Shown piece by piece: positions 1-8,323 of a stretch of 38,370 bases of DNA; the stretch's first letter is position 1; every line of letters starts with the position of its first letter. The translations under genes and the position numbers were made by a program. The stretch comes from a virus: IMG/VR virus record IMGVR_UViG_3300048599_000037, positions 1-38,370 of that record; one strand, given 5' to 3'. The notes under the pieces were generated by a model. The model was not told the origin of the DNA. It saw nothing but the letters and a program-made list of their open reading frames with translations, and did no database searches.

Positions 1-127
1 AATTAACGACCGATTAACTTACAATTTAGTTCAATCAGTAGTTGATACTTTGATGTCTAAGTCTGCGAAGAACAGACCAAAAGCAATGTTTCTAACTGAA
101 GGTGGGGTATTCAAACAACAGCGCAAA
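1..127. repeat. Terminal direct repeat, copy 1 (identical to 38244..38370)
   Basis: Base-by-base reading shows that 1-127 (aattaacgaccgatt...acagcgcaaa) equals the last 127 bases of the window. This marks a circular or circularly permuted assembly, or a terminal redundancy. Confidence 0.95.
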
Positions 128-1648
128 GCTAAAAAGCGCGAAAAGTTCATTGATGGTGTTTTCTATAAAAACAAATTCTATGTGAAATTCAAAGAAGTAC
201 AGCGCGGAGCCTTAGTCAAAGGTGACGGTGTTCTACATGTATTCATCAAAGATGCTGAAATCTGTTATGAAGTTGTTCCTGTTGAAGAGCTATCAGTCGA
301 TCAAGCTGAAGCACGTTTTGGTGATCCAAGACAAATTCACAGAACAAAATATGTTGACCGCGAAGTCCTAATCGCAATGTTTCCTGATAAGGCTAAGATC
401 ATTCAAGAGTGTAACACTGCTAAAGTAGATTCTTCTGGAACTGTTCCTGGAGTTTCTGATTTGATTGAAGTCGTTGAATCTTATCACTTACCATCAGGCA
501 AAAAGAAAAAAGACGGAAAGCATACAATCGTAATTAATTCTGGTGAGCTTTTAGCTGAAGAGTACACAAAACAACGCTTTCCATATGTTAAATTAGGCTG
601 GTCTAAGCGTTTAAACGGCTACTGGTCACAATCTTTAGCTGAACAGTTGCAGAACCTTCAATTAGAAATCAACAAGACTCTATGGGTAATCCAGCGCTCT
701 ATGCATATGGCTGGCTCATTCAAAGTATTAATTGAAAATGGATCTAAGATTGTTACGGAGCATTTAACTAACGATATTGGTGCAATCATTAATTACAATG
801 GTACAGCTCCAATCTATGTTACACCTCCACCAATCCAACAAGAATATTTCCAACATTTACTTAACACTAAACAGTTAGGATTCGAACAAGCTGGTGTTTC
901 AATGTTATCCGCTGCTTCAATGAAGCCAACTGGTGCTGATAGCGGAAAAGCTTTAAGAACTTTAAATGATATCGAATCAGAAAGATTCCTTGCATGGGGT
1001 CAGGCTGGTGAAGAGTTCATGCTTGAAGTTGTAGAAGTAACAATGGATTTCGCAAAAGACTTAGCGGAAATCGTTGAGAAAGATTCTGATTCTGAAACTG
1101 AATTTGCTGTGACTTACGTTGGTAAAAACACAATTCAGAAAATCACTTGGGATGAAATCGCTCCAGATAAAGGTGAAGAGTTTGTTCTAAAAGCTTACCC
1201 AGTATCTCAATTACCAAATGAACCTCGTGGTCGTTTAGCTACTATTCAAGAGTACCGGCAAGCCGGTATTATTAAACCGCGTACTGCAAAACGTTTGTTA
1301 GACTTCCCAGATTTAGAACAAGTGGAAGTGTTGGCAAATGCTGAAGAAGATTATTTAAACAAGATCTTAGAAGACATTTGTGATTTAGGTGAAGCAGGAT
1401 ATGTCCCACCAGATAATTTCGATGATCCACAATTAGCGAAAGAATTGGTTCTGCAATATATCGCTTACGGTAAATTACACAATTTAGATCCTGACAACAT
1501 GGCTTTACTTGAAACGTTCTCAAATCAAATTGATACGTTAGTTGAAAAAGCTATGCCTCCGGTTGATCCAATGAGCCCTCCACAAGGGGCTCCAGAGGCG
1601 ACACCTACGAGCAATTTAATTCCTAACAATGCAGGAGCAGTAGCTTAA
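1..1648 (+). CDS. Portal (head-tail connector) protein, C-terminal part. The ORF begins at 38002 and continues across the junction, about 629 aa in total.
   Basis: The ATG at 50 is in frame with the ATG at 38002 once the 127-bp overlap is collapsed ((38293-38002)=291). Its size, its position next to the scaffold and terminase genes, and its acidic C-terminus fit a podovirus portal. The ATG at 50 in the ORF track is therefore an internal Met. Confidence 0.7.
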   Translation, partial: INDRLTYNLVQSVVDTLMSKSAKNRPKAMFLTEGGVFKQQRKAKKREKFIDGVFYKNKFYVKFKEVQRGALVKGDGVLHVFIKDAEICYEVVPVEELSVDQAEARFGDPRQIHRTKYVDREVLIAMFPDKAKIIQECNTAKVDSSGTVPGVSDLIEVVESYHLPSGKKKKDGKHTIVINSGELLAEEYTKQRFPYVKLGWSKRLNGYWSQSLAEQLQNLQLEINKTLWVIQRSMHMAGSFKVLIENGSKIVTEHLTNDIGAIINYNGTAPIYVTPPPIQQEYFQHLLNTKQLGFEQAGVSMLSAASMKPTGADSGKALRTLNDIESERFLAWGQAGEEFMLEVVEVTMDFAKDLAEIVEKDSDSETEFAVTYVGKNTIQKITWDEIAPDKGEEFVLKAYPVSQLPNEPRGRLATIQEYRQAGIIKPRTAKRLLDFPDLEQVEVLANAEEDYLNKILEDICDLGEAGYVPPDNFDDPQLAKELVLQYIAYGKLHNLDPDNMALLETFSNQIDTLVEKAMPPVDPMSPPQGAPEATPTSNLIPNNAGAVA

Positions 1649-2007
1649 TGGAAAGAGCACTATATAAATTAGGTCTTGATGGTCGTGAATATTTAGAATC
1701 AAAACTATTATCTCCAGCTGAGATTAAGATTCTGGAATTTTTATACCAATTAGATCGTAATGAAGAATTAGCTTGTAAGTTATTCGTAACAAAAAAAACG
1801 ATCAAGTTTCATTACACTAGAATCTATAGAAAACTCCAGGTCGGCAATCGCTTTGAGTTAATGATTCTTCTTAAAGACTTTTATTATCGTGCTTCAACTT
1901 ATGAAAAAATTAACGTAGGAGCTTCAGCTGTAAAGCGTGGAGCGAAATCAAACTTCGTTAAACAAGAAAATATGAAATACACATTACCAACAGGGACAAA
2001 TAAATAA
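1648..2007 (+). CDS. LuxR/GerE-type HTH transcriptional regulator (DNA-binding domain only)
   Basis: LSPAEIKILEFLYQLDRNEELACKLFVTKKTIKFHYTRIYRKLQVGNRFELMILL matches the GerE/LuxR C-terminal HTH pattern. The start overlaps the portal stop (TAATG). Confidence 0.75.
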   Translation: MERALYKLGLDGREYLESKLLSPAEIKILEFLYQLDRNEELACKLFVTKKTIKFHYTRIYRKLQVGNRFELMILLKDFYYRASTYEKINVGASAVKRGAKSNFVKQENMKYTLPTGTNK

Positions 2008-2312
2008 TGGCAAAGAACAGAGCTAGTAAGTTCAGAGCTTTATACACAAATGATTATACTCCGATTTTCTTCACTTATTACTTAGTTTTTCCAGATGGTG
2101 ATACGTGGTGCAGACAACAAGAGTTTCAAAATCATGAAGCGAACAAAGAAATGATGGAATACGAGATTAACAGAACTGCGTTTTCAATCGATGTTAAACA
2201 AAAATTAAGACATAAAAAAGAAGCGGACTGGAAAGATCACAACGGCGTTGAGCACAGAGTTGTGATTGAAAGTAAGTTACGTGACGAAAAATGGGGAAGA
2301 CAAAAACGATGA
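2007..2312 (+). CDS. Hypothetical protein
   Basis: The ATG overlaps the upstream stop (TAATG) and the gene is tightly packed in the operon. No motif recognised. Confidence 0.6.
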   Translation: MAKNRASKFRALYTNDYTPIFFTYYLVFPDGDTWCRQQEFQNHEANKEMMEYEINRTAFSIDVKQKLRHKKEADWKDHNGVEHRVVIESKLRDEKWGRQKR

Positions 2313-2584
2313 GCGACGGAACACAAAGAGTTAAAGTAGTAGAAAACACAAAGCTTCCAGATCTTTTATTTAGAGACTGGAAAAAGCGTTGGTTTAATTT
2401 ACCATTCCACCCGTTTACAAAATGGGTAATCAATAACAATGCTTATTTATACAATGATATTCACACAGGCCAGCAATGCGCACAGGTGACGTCTAGAACG
2501 TTCAAAAAGCTTTCTGGCAAGTCAGTAGGCCATAACGTTAAATTCGTTTCATTAGAGGCGTTAAAGGCTGTGTGCGGTGGGTAG
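2291..2584 (+). CDS. Hypothetical protein
   Basis: ORF in an operon with short overlaps. No motif recognised. Confidence 0.55.
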   Translation: MGKTKTMSDGTQRVKVVENTKLPDLLFRDWKKRWFNLPFHPFTKWVINNNAYLYNDIHTGQQCAQVTSRTFKKLSGKSVGHNVKFVSLEALKAVCGG

Positions 2585-2780
2585 ATATAAGATTGCAATT
2601 GAAACTCTCGAAGAAGAATTAACAGAAGAACAAAGAGAACTAACTCAGGAAAAGATTTCTCTTGAGCGTTCTAAAACAAGAGTCGAGCAACTTAAGAAAA
2701 TTTGCGATGACTTAACAGAGTCAATCAAGACGTTAAAGGATGCAGATGCAAAAGATTCAAAAAAAGAAAAAGAAAACTAA
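2577..2780 (+). CDS. Hypothetical coiled-coil protein
   Basis: GTG start. The sequence is E/K/L-rich with heptad character (EELTEEQRELTQEKISLERSKTRVEQLKK). Confidence 0.5.
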   Translation: MGRYKIAIETLEEELTEEQRELTQEKISLERSKTRVEQLKKICDDLTESIKTLKDADAKDSKKEKEN

Positions 2781-2967
2781 AGTTTTAACTATCGAAAAAA
2801 TCAAATGGTTAGTGGTGATCCGCACTCGTGGCGGTCGTCCTTATTCATTTCCGTTCTCTGTTAAAAAAGAAGCTAAAGACTTCATGAAGCATGGTGATTT
2901 CTCTAAAGGCCGCAGAAAGCTTTATCTTTACAAGATTACAAACACTCTTGTTGAGGTAATGGAATAA
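2740..2967 (+). CDS. Hypothetical protein (start uncertain, possibly the GTG near 2811)
   Basis: The ORF overlaps the previous gene by 41 nt through an A-rich tract. The lysine-run N-terminus is probably not translated. Confidence 0.4.
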   Translation: MQMQKIQKKKKKTKVLTIEKIKWLVVIRTRGGRPYSFPFSVKKEAKDFMKHGDFSKGRRKLYLYKITNTLVEVME

Positions 2968-3203
2968 TGACGGCTGTCGGTGCAATCAGATCCAAGAAAC
3001 TTATCCGCAGACCTATCGCTAAATACCTAGATGCAAACGGTAATCCATTATGGGTTCAGGCCGATACGATTTTATATCGTCAGGTTTTAGCGACTGTGAT
3101 TCCTGCCAATTATGCTGAAGCTCCGCCTTACTGGTGGTTAACAGAAGAAGATTTCTTCGCATATGATTGGGAAATTAAACAAGAAACAGAAGGAAACGAT
3201 TAA
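2967..3203 (+). CDS. Hypothetical protein
   Basis: ATGA/TAATG-type coupling on both sides. No motif recognised. Confidence 0.6.
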   Translation: MTAVGAIRSKKLIRRPIAKYLDANGNPLWVQADTILYRQVLATVIPANYAEAPPYWWLTEEDFFAYDWEIKQETEGND

Positions 3204-3805
3204 TGAAATACATTTTAATTTTAGCTTTATTATTTACAGGCTGTGTGACTACAGATGTAAAACCAGACTCTCCTAAAGTTCCAGAAGTTGTTGCGCCTGT
3301 TGAACAACCTTCAAAACCAATTGAAAGCGTTTCATTGCTTGCGTGGGGCGATCAAAAACCTTCATGGGATGTGGCTCTATACTCAGAAATCGCAAAGCAT
3401 GATTGGTCTTCTGTGAAGGTTCCTTGTAAGCAATATTCGAAAGAGCATTGTGTTGGTCAATTAATTTCTATCATGGCGAAATATGAAAGCTCATTTAAAC
3501 CAGAGGTAACTTATAAGGAAGGATTTAATGATTCAAAAGGAAAACCAGTTATCAGTCGTGGTCTGTTACAGTTGTCAATCGAGTCAGCTAATCAGAAAGC
3601 TTATGGATGTGAAATCGAGCAAGCCTCTGACTTACATGACCCTGCTATTAACCTTAGATGCGCAGTTAGAATCGTGGCATTCCAAGCTAAGAAATCAAAA
3701 ACACTTATGGGAGAACCAAAGTTGGGATGCGCAGCTTACTGGTCAGTTTGTAGAAAAAGCTCAGGATCAAACGCGAAGATCTTAAAATACATGGAGCAAT
3801 TCTAA
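3203..3805 (+). CDS. Lipoprotein with a family-1 lytic transglycosylase (SLT) domain
   Basis: N-terminus MKYILILALLFTGC is a signal peptide plus lipobox. YESSFKPE...SRGLLQLS matches the SLT catalytic E-S-x-F ... G-L-x-Q motifs. Confidence 0.75.
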   Translation: MKYILILALLFTGCVTTDVKPDSPKVPEVVAPVEQPSKPIESVSLLAWGDQKPSWDVALYSEIAKHDWSSVKVPCKQYSKEHCVGQLISIMAKYESSFKPEVTYKEGFNDSKGKPVISRGLLQLSIESANQKAYGCEIEQASDLHDPAINLRCAVRIVAFQAKKSKTLMGEPKLGCAAYWSVCRKSSGSNAKILKYMEQF

Positions 3806-4488
3806 TGGGGTATTTAAAAAGTATTTTCGCAAAGAAAGTTCCTTACACTGGCGGCTTAAACGCAATGACTTCAGTGTTGAAAGAATTTCTTGATGTCTTT
3901 AATGACGATCATGTTCTTTCTGATTTTCAAGACAACGACGATATTCCACAGATTTTAAATGATCTTCAGCCAAGCAGCACAACTTATTTAATCGGTGATA
4001 ACTACGATAGAACTTGTTGTAAAATGAAGGATGTTGAAAAGGTCACACGTTTGATTTATGCAGCGAAAGCAAAGCATGGTCATCGTTATGTATTTGGTAA
4101 TCATGAAGCCATGGGATCACATCCTAGCGACAACTACGTTGTTCACGAATTCAAATCAGGAAAGCGTGTTCTATTAACTCACGGCGACCTGGAGTCTGAT
4201 CCGGTTAAATGGATGAAATACCGTGAAAAAGAAGGCGGCGCAGGTTTAGTAAAATTATGGCGCACTAAAATATTCGATCACTTGGATATCGTTAAAGGGA
4301 ATGTTTTGTATAAAAACTTACCGGATGGATTCCTTGAGAGAGCAGCTGCAAAAGCTAAATCTTACGATTGTACTTATTATGTTTGCGGCCACTTCCACGT
4401 TGAAACAGAGAGACGCTACAAAGTAGGTGACATCACTGTAATTGTTTTACCTGCGCACAATAAAAACCGCTCTAAGGTTTGGTTCTAG
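3805..4488 (+). CDS. Calcineurin-like metallophosphoesterase (protein phosphatase or nucleotide phosphodiesterase class)
   Basis: Ordered motifs DDH ... GDNYDR ... GNHE ... THGD ... GHFH match the D-x-H / GD-x-x-DR / GNHE / H / GH-x-H signature of metallophosphoesterases. Confidence 0.75.
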   Translation: MGYLKSIFAKKVPYTGGLNAMTSVLKEFLDVFNDDHVLSDFQDNDDIPQILNDLQPSSTTYLIGDNYDRTCCKMKDVEKVTRLIYAAKAKHGHRYVFGNHEAMGSHPSDNYVVHEFKSGKRVLLTHGDLESDPVKWMKYREKEGGAGLVKLWRTKIFDHLDIVKGNVLYKNLPDGFLERAAAKAKSYDCTYYVCGHFHVETERRYKVGDITVIVLPAHNKNRSKVWF

Positions 4489-4691
4489 TGATTAACTTAC
4501 AAAAACAATTAGACATCATGGAAGATACATTGATCCGTGATGCTCTTAAAGAAAATGGTTACAGCATTACAAAAGCGTCTGCCGCACTTGGATTAAACAA
4601 GGGCAATCTTTTTAGTCGTATGAAGAAATTAAACATTAGAACACCTAAGCAGTTAGCTAGGGATTTAGAAAAATCTAAGGAAGGTAATTAA
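4479..4691 (+). CDS. Fis-type (HTH_8-like) small DNA-binding protein
   Basis: LIRDALKENGYSITKASAALGLNKGNLFSRMKKLNI resembles the Fis/NtrC C-terminal HTH. The start is ambiguous: TTG 4479, GTG 4488 or ATG 4518. Confidence 0.6.
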   Translation: MVLVINLQKQLDIMEDTLIRDALKENGYSITKASAALGLNKGNLFSRMKKLNIRTPKQLARDLEKSKEGN

Positions 4692-5656
4692 TGAGTGGGC
4701 CAGCGCCAATCCAAACGACAACACAACAACCGGGTGGATCATCAAATCAAAACACAGATCCGAAATCAGCCGCATCGCCGGGAGTCGGGAGTCAAGCCCC
4801 TGCCGCCAACGCAGGAACAGCGGGACAAACGAAATCAGAAACAGCGGAAAGGTTCGCAGCCCTTGCAAGACAGGAAAAAAGCAAGCTCGACCTTAAACGT
4901 CGTGCAGAAGAAGAGCTTAACAAAAACAAAGGTCTTTCAGAAAAGCTTTCAGCCTACGAAACTCGTAGAGCCGAAGCTCAAAAAGATCCGTTTAAGTTTA
5001 TCCAAGAAGAGCTTGGTCTTTCTTACGAACAGTTAACAGAAATGCAGTTGAATGGTGGAAAGCCAACAACTGAAATGGAAATAACTCAAAAGCTTTCTAA
5101 GATTGATAAATGGGAAGAAGAGCAAAAGCTTGCTCAGCAAAAGCGTGATGAAGAAGCTAAAACTTATCAAGAGCAGCAACAACAAGCTGAATACGAAAAG
5201 CAAGTTAAAGACTTCAAATCAGCTATTCCAGATCAATTAGCAAAGATTGAAAAACTGGATATGGTGACAGCTCTTTTAGAACCGGAAGAACAATCTGAAG
5301 AAATCTTTAAAATCATCGAAGCTCACTGGGCAACAGAAGAAGAGAAGTTTGAAAAAGATAATTCTTACCAACAGAAGATGATGTCAGTTGAAGAAGCTGC
5401 TGAAGTGTTGGAAGAAATCCTCCAGGAAAAGTTCGTTAAGTATGGATCTAAATCTAAAAAGTTTGGTGACGCAATTAAAAATGCTTTAAGTCCTGCGGCT
5501 CCTAAGGCTACAGAAAAGCCTTCTGGATTCACAGCTTCAAAAGCATCAACAACAACATTAACAAATGAAGCGACGTCTTCAGGTGCGACTTCTTTAGTAA
5601 GTGCCGCAACTGACAATGATCGTATGAAGCGCGCTATGGCCGCATTAGGGAGCTAG
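4691..5656 (+). CDS. Putative scaffolding protein
   Basis: 321 aa with a low-complexity N-terminus and a long acidic E/K/Q coiled-coil core. It lies between the portal and terminase genes. Confidence 0.4.
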   Translation: MSGPAPIQTTTQQPGGSSNQNTDPKSAASPGVGSQAPAANAGTAGQTKSETAERFAALARQEKSKLDLKRRAEEELNKNKGLSEKLSAYETRRAEAQKDPFKFIQEELGLSYEQLTEMQLNGGKPTTEMEITQKLSKIDKWEEEQKLAQQKRDEEAKTYQEQQQQAEYEKQVKDFKSAIPDQLAKIEKLDMVTALLEPEEQSEEIFKIIEAHWATEEEKFEKDNSYQQKMMSVEEAAEVLEEILQEKFVKYGSKSKKFGDAIKNALSPAAPKATEKPSGFTASKASTTTLTNEATSSGATSLVSAATDNDRMKRAMAALGS

Positions 5657-5657
5657 A

Positions 5658-5879
5658 ATGTTCGATACACACAAACTCAATGAAGAAGGTTTTAAAAACG
5701 TAAGTAACTTAAAAGCTAAGATGGCGAAAGCTGTAACTGAAGCTTTGGAGTTAATGCCTGAAGGCCGTGAGAAGCAAGTTTTCAAAACTAAGATTGAAGA
5801 AGCTATGTTTTTCGGAACAAAAGCTGTGGCCGGAAAAGAAGGAAACTTCTCTGAAATCGTAAAATACGAGGTGATCTAA
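5658..5879 (+). CDS. Small helical hypothetical protein
   Basis: 73 aa, tightly packed. The motif PEGREKQVFKTKIEEAMFFGTKAV looks like a recurrent small phage-protein motif, but I cannot name the family with confidence. Confidence 0.6.
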   Translation: MFDTHKLNEEGFKNVSNLKAKMAKAVTEALELMPEGREKQVFKTKIEEAMFFGTKAVAGKEGNFSEIVKYEVI

Positions 5880-6265
5880 TGGCTAAGAAAGAAACTCAAA
5901 CACCAGATGGCGAAATCAAAACAGAAGGTAAAGCTGGAGAATTAGGATCTGGAATGATTGCTGGCGGAACAGCTGATGTTCCCGCAGTAAAAGATCAAGA
6001 TCACGAGCCTCAAAAAGAAACTCTAATGGATAAGTTTTTTGACATGATGATCTCTGTCTTAAAAATGAAGATCCAAAGAATTTCTGTTCACAACGGAATC
6101 TTAATTGATGGTGGCACTAAAATGACTATCGACGTGACAGCTAACAAATGCCAAATGTTCATGACTCCGTTTGGAGTGATGTTAATCGGTAGTGGTTTTG
6201 CCAACAAGAAATCAAAACGTTTAATCACTTTTAACAACGCATACGAGATTACGTTTGCCGAGTAA
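5879..6265 (+). CDS. Hypothetical protein
   Basis: The ATG overlaps the upstream stop (TAATG). No motif recognised. Confidence 0.6.
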   Translation: MAKKETQTPDGEIKTEGKAGELGSGMIAGGTADVPAVKDQDHEPQKETLMDKFFDMMISVLKMKIQRISVHNGILIDGGTKMTIDVTANKCQMFMTPFGVMLIGSGFANKKSKRLITFNNAYEITFAE

Positions 6266-6578
6266 AAAAGTTTCCCCCGCAACTTTACAAGAGCGCGTGT
6301 TGACCCTTATGGATCAGCACGTTGCTATTCTTGAAGAAGAGATGACGGCTTATGTTGATTACAAAGAGCGCGAGAAAGCTGGAACTCTTGATGATGAAGA
6401 AAGAGAGCCTGATATTTCACGTTATCTTTCTATGAATCTCACAAGTTATTTAAGATCTCTTTCTGATTATCAAGAATCTCAAGACGAGGGAATTGGTAAA
6501 CAATTAAAAGCACTTCAAAAAATGTCACACGACCAAATTCTTAAAATAAAGGCCGATTTTGACAAGAGAAATAAGTAA
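6255..6578 (+). CDS. Putative small terminase subunit (start uncertain)
   Basis: A small acidic helical protein lying immediately upstream of, and overlapping, terL. The call rests on position only. TTG at 6255; alternative starts GTG 6297 and ATG 6309. Confidence 0.4.
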   Translation: MPSKKVSPATLQERVLTLMDQHVAILEEEMTAYVDYKEREKAGTLDDEEREPDISRYLSMNLTSYLRSLSDYQESQDEGIGKQLKALQKMSHDQILKIKADFDKRNK

Positions 6579-8070
6579 AGAAGTCTTAGACCTTTATTTG
6601 TCGTCTATCACAGCGAACAGATTTAAGGTTGAAGATTATTGTTTTGATAAACAGATCGCGTTTAAGCGTGATCCAGCACGTTTCAAAGTGGCTGTCTGCA
6701 CTCGTCGTGCGGGTAAAACTGTTGAATGCGCGGCTGATCTAATCGAAACAGCTACTGAATTTCGTGACATTGTTTGCTTGTATATTACGTTATCGCGTAA
6801 GTCCGCTAAGAAAATCATTTGGAAAGATCTACTTAAAATTCTAAATGAGAAAAAGATCCCACATAAATTAGACAACACAGATCTATCAATTACTCTTTTA
6901 GATACCAATTCGATCATTTACGTTTCTGGTGCGAAAGATAAATCAGAAATTGAAAAATTTCGTGGTCTTTCTATTAAGCTTTGCTATATCGATGAGTGTC
7001 AGTCATTCAGATCTTACATTGAAGATATGGTCGATGATGTTATCTCTCCAGCTTTATTCGATCATAACGGCACACTGTGCTTGATTGGAACGCCGGGGCC
7101 GGTGCCAAGTGGGTATTTCTATAATTGTTTCATGTCGAAGGCGTGGAGCGCTCACAGCTGGTCTTTATTTGATAATCCTTGGATTAAAAAGAAATCTGGC
7201 AAAGATCCGCGTATTTTATTAAATGAAGAGTTAGAGCGTCGAGGCGTTACGATTGATGATCCAAAGATCCAGCGTGAGTTCTTCGCTAAGTGGGCAGTCG
7301 ATACAGATGCGTTAATCTTTAAATACAATTCCGCTTTAAATGATTTCATTATTGCTAACTTAAAGCGAGATCACAATTGGGAATATGTAATCGGCGTCGA
7401 TATAGGACACGATGATGCGGATGCTATTGCTGTTCTTGGATGGCATAAGCACAGAAAACAAGTTTATCTAATTAAAGAAGATTTAATGCCAAAGCAAACG
7501 ATCACTGATTTATCAGAGAAGATTAATGCTTTTGTTAAAGAGTTTGATCCTCTTCGTGTTGTGATGGACACGGGTGGTCTTGGTAAAAAAATCGCTTTAG
7601 AAATAAACCGTCGTTATGAGTCGATGGTTTCTCCAGCGGAAAAAGTCCGTAAGTTTGAGTACATTGAACTCTTAAATACCGCAATGAGAAAAGGAAATTT
7701 CTTCGCTGAGAAGAAATCAGCATTCGCCCAAGATTGCTTTCTTGTCGAAAAAGATTTTGATAAGTCCAAAGTAGATAAGATTGTCGTGTCAGACCGATAC
7801 CATTCAGACATCTGTGATGCAGTATTATACGCGTACCGTGAGTGTTTACATTGGCTGTCTGTTGAACCATCTAAGCCGATCCTTCCAAATACTCCAGAAT
7901 ACTTCGATGCTGAAGAAGAGCGTATGATTAAGGGAATTGAGAAACAGTTTACGGGTGGCTCGGACCCGTTTGGAGAGAATGGGTTTTACTCTCTTGTAAC
8001 TTACGTTCGCAATCTTCTCTCTCGGCTTCGTCAAAGTCTCGAAGTGCCTGAGTTACTTCTTCATTCTTGA
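6559..8070 (+). CDS. terL: Terminase large subunit
   Basis: Walker A-like CTRRAGKT, Walker B LCYIDECQ, and RNaseH-like nuclease motifs IGVDIGHDDADAIAV and VVMDTGGLGKK. TTG start preceded by AAAGG. Confidence 0.9.
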   Translation: MTREISKEVLDLYLSSITANRFKVEDYCFDKQIAFKRDPARFKVAVCTRRAGKTVECAADLIETATEFRDIVCLYITLSRKSAKKIIWKDLLKILNEKKIPHKLDNTDLSITLLDTNSIIYVSGAKDKSEIEKFRGLSIKLCYIDECQSFRSYIEDMVDDVISPALFDHNGTLCLIGTPGPVPSGYFYNCFMSKAWSAHSWSLFDNPWIKKKSGKDPRILLNEELERRGVTIDDPKIQREFFAKWAVDTDALIFKYNSALNDFIIANLKRDHNWEYVIGVDIGHDDADAIAVLGWHKHRKQVYLIKEDLMPKQTITDLSEKINAFVKEFDPLRVVMDTGGLGKKIALEINRRYESMVSPAEKVRKFEYIELLNTAMRKGNFFAEKKSAFAQDCFLVEKDFDKSKVDKIVVSDRYHSDICDAVLYAYRECLHWLSVEPSKPILPNTPEYFDAEEERMIKGIEKQFTGGSDPFGENGFYSLVTYVRNLLSRLRQSLEVPELLLHS

Positions 8071-8323
8071 AGCAATAATATCCGGCCATCGATGATAGCG
8101 GAATAGATTGAGCATACACAAATTTGTAAGATCTAACTCCGCATTGTGGCTTTGGTTTAATTCTTTCAGTGTTGTAAATGTAACCTTTTCCATTCTTAAA
8201 ATCTAAAAGGGTGGGATGATAATCTTCAATTGGATATGATCCGCATCCTGCAATCAGCAAGCATAAGAAAACTATTACTAAAATTGCAAGACCCCAGTCT
8301 ATTAATTCTTCTACTAAGCGCAT
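7949..8323 (-). CDS. Lipoprotein of unknown function (candidate o-spanin-like or superinfection-exclusion protein)
   Basis: A hydrophobic N-terminus ends in the lipobox LLIAGC. It is the last gene of the leftward operon. Its 3' 122 nt overlap the 3' end of terL on the opposite strand. Confidence 0.55.
   Translation of the reverse strand: MRLVEELIDWGLAILVIVFLCLLIAGCGSYPIEDYHPTLLDFKNGKGYIYNTERIKPKPQCGVRSYKFVYAQSIPLSSMAGYYCFKNEEVTQALRDFDEAEREDCERKLQESKTHSLQTGPSHP

Noticed and set aside
2759-2780. A-rich slippery tract (A AAA AAA G AAA AAG) where ORFs 2577..2780 and 2740..2967 overlap: a programmed frameshift?
   Set aside because: Joining the two ORFs needs a +1 shift, not the -1 shift that A_AAA_AAG heptamers promote. 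The -1 frame hits a stop after 8 codons, and no downstream structure is evident. An internal start for the second ORF is the simpler explanation.
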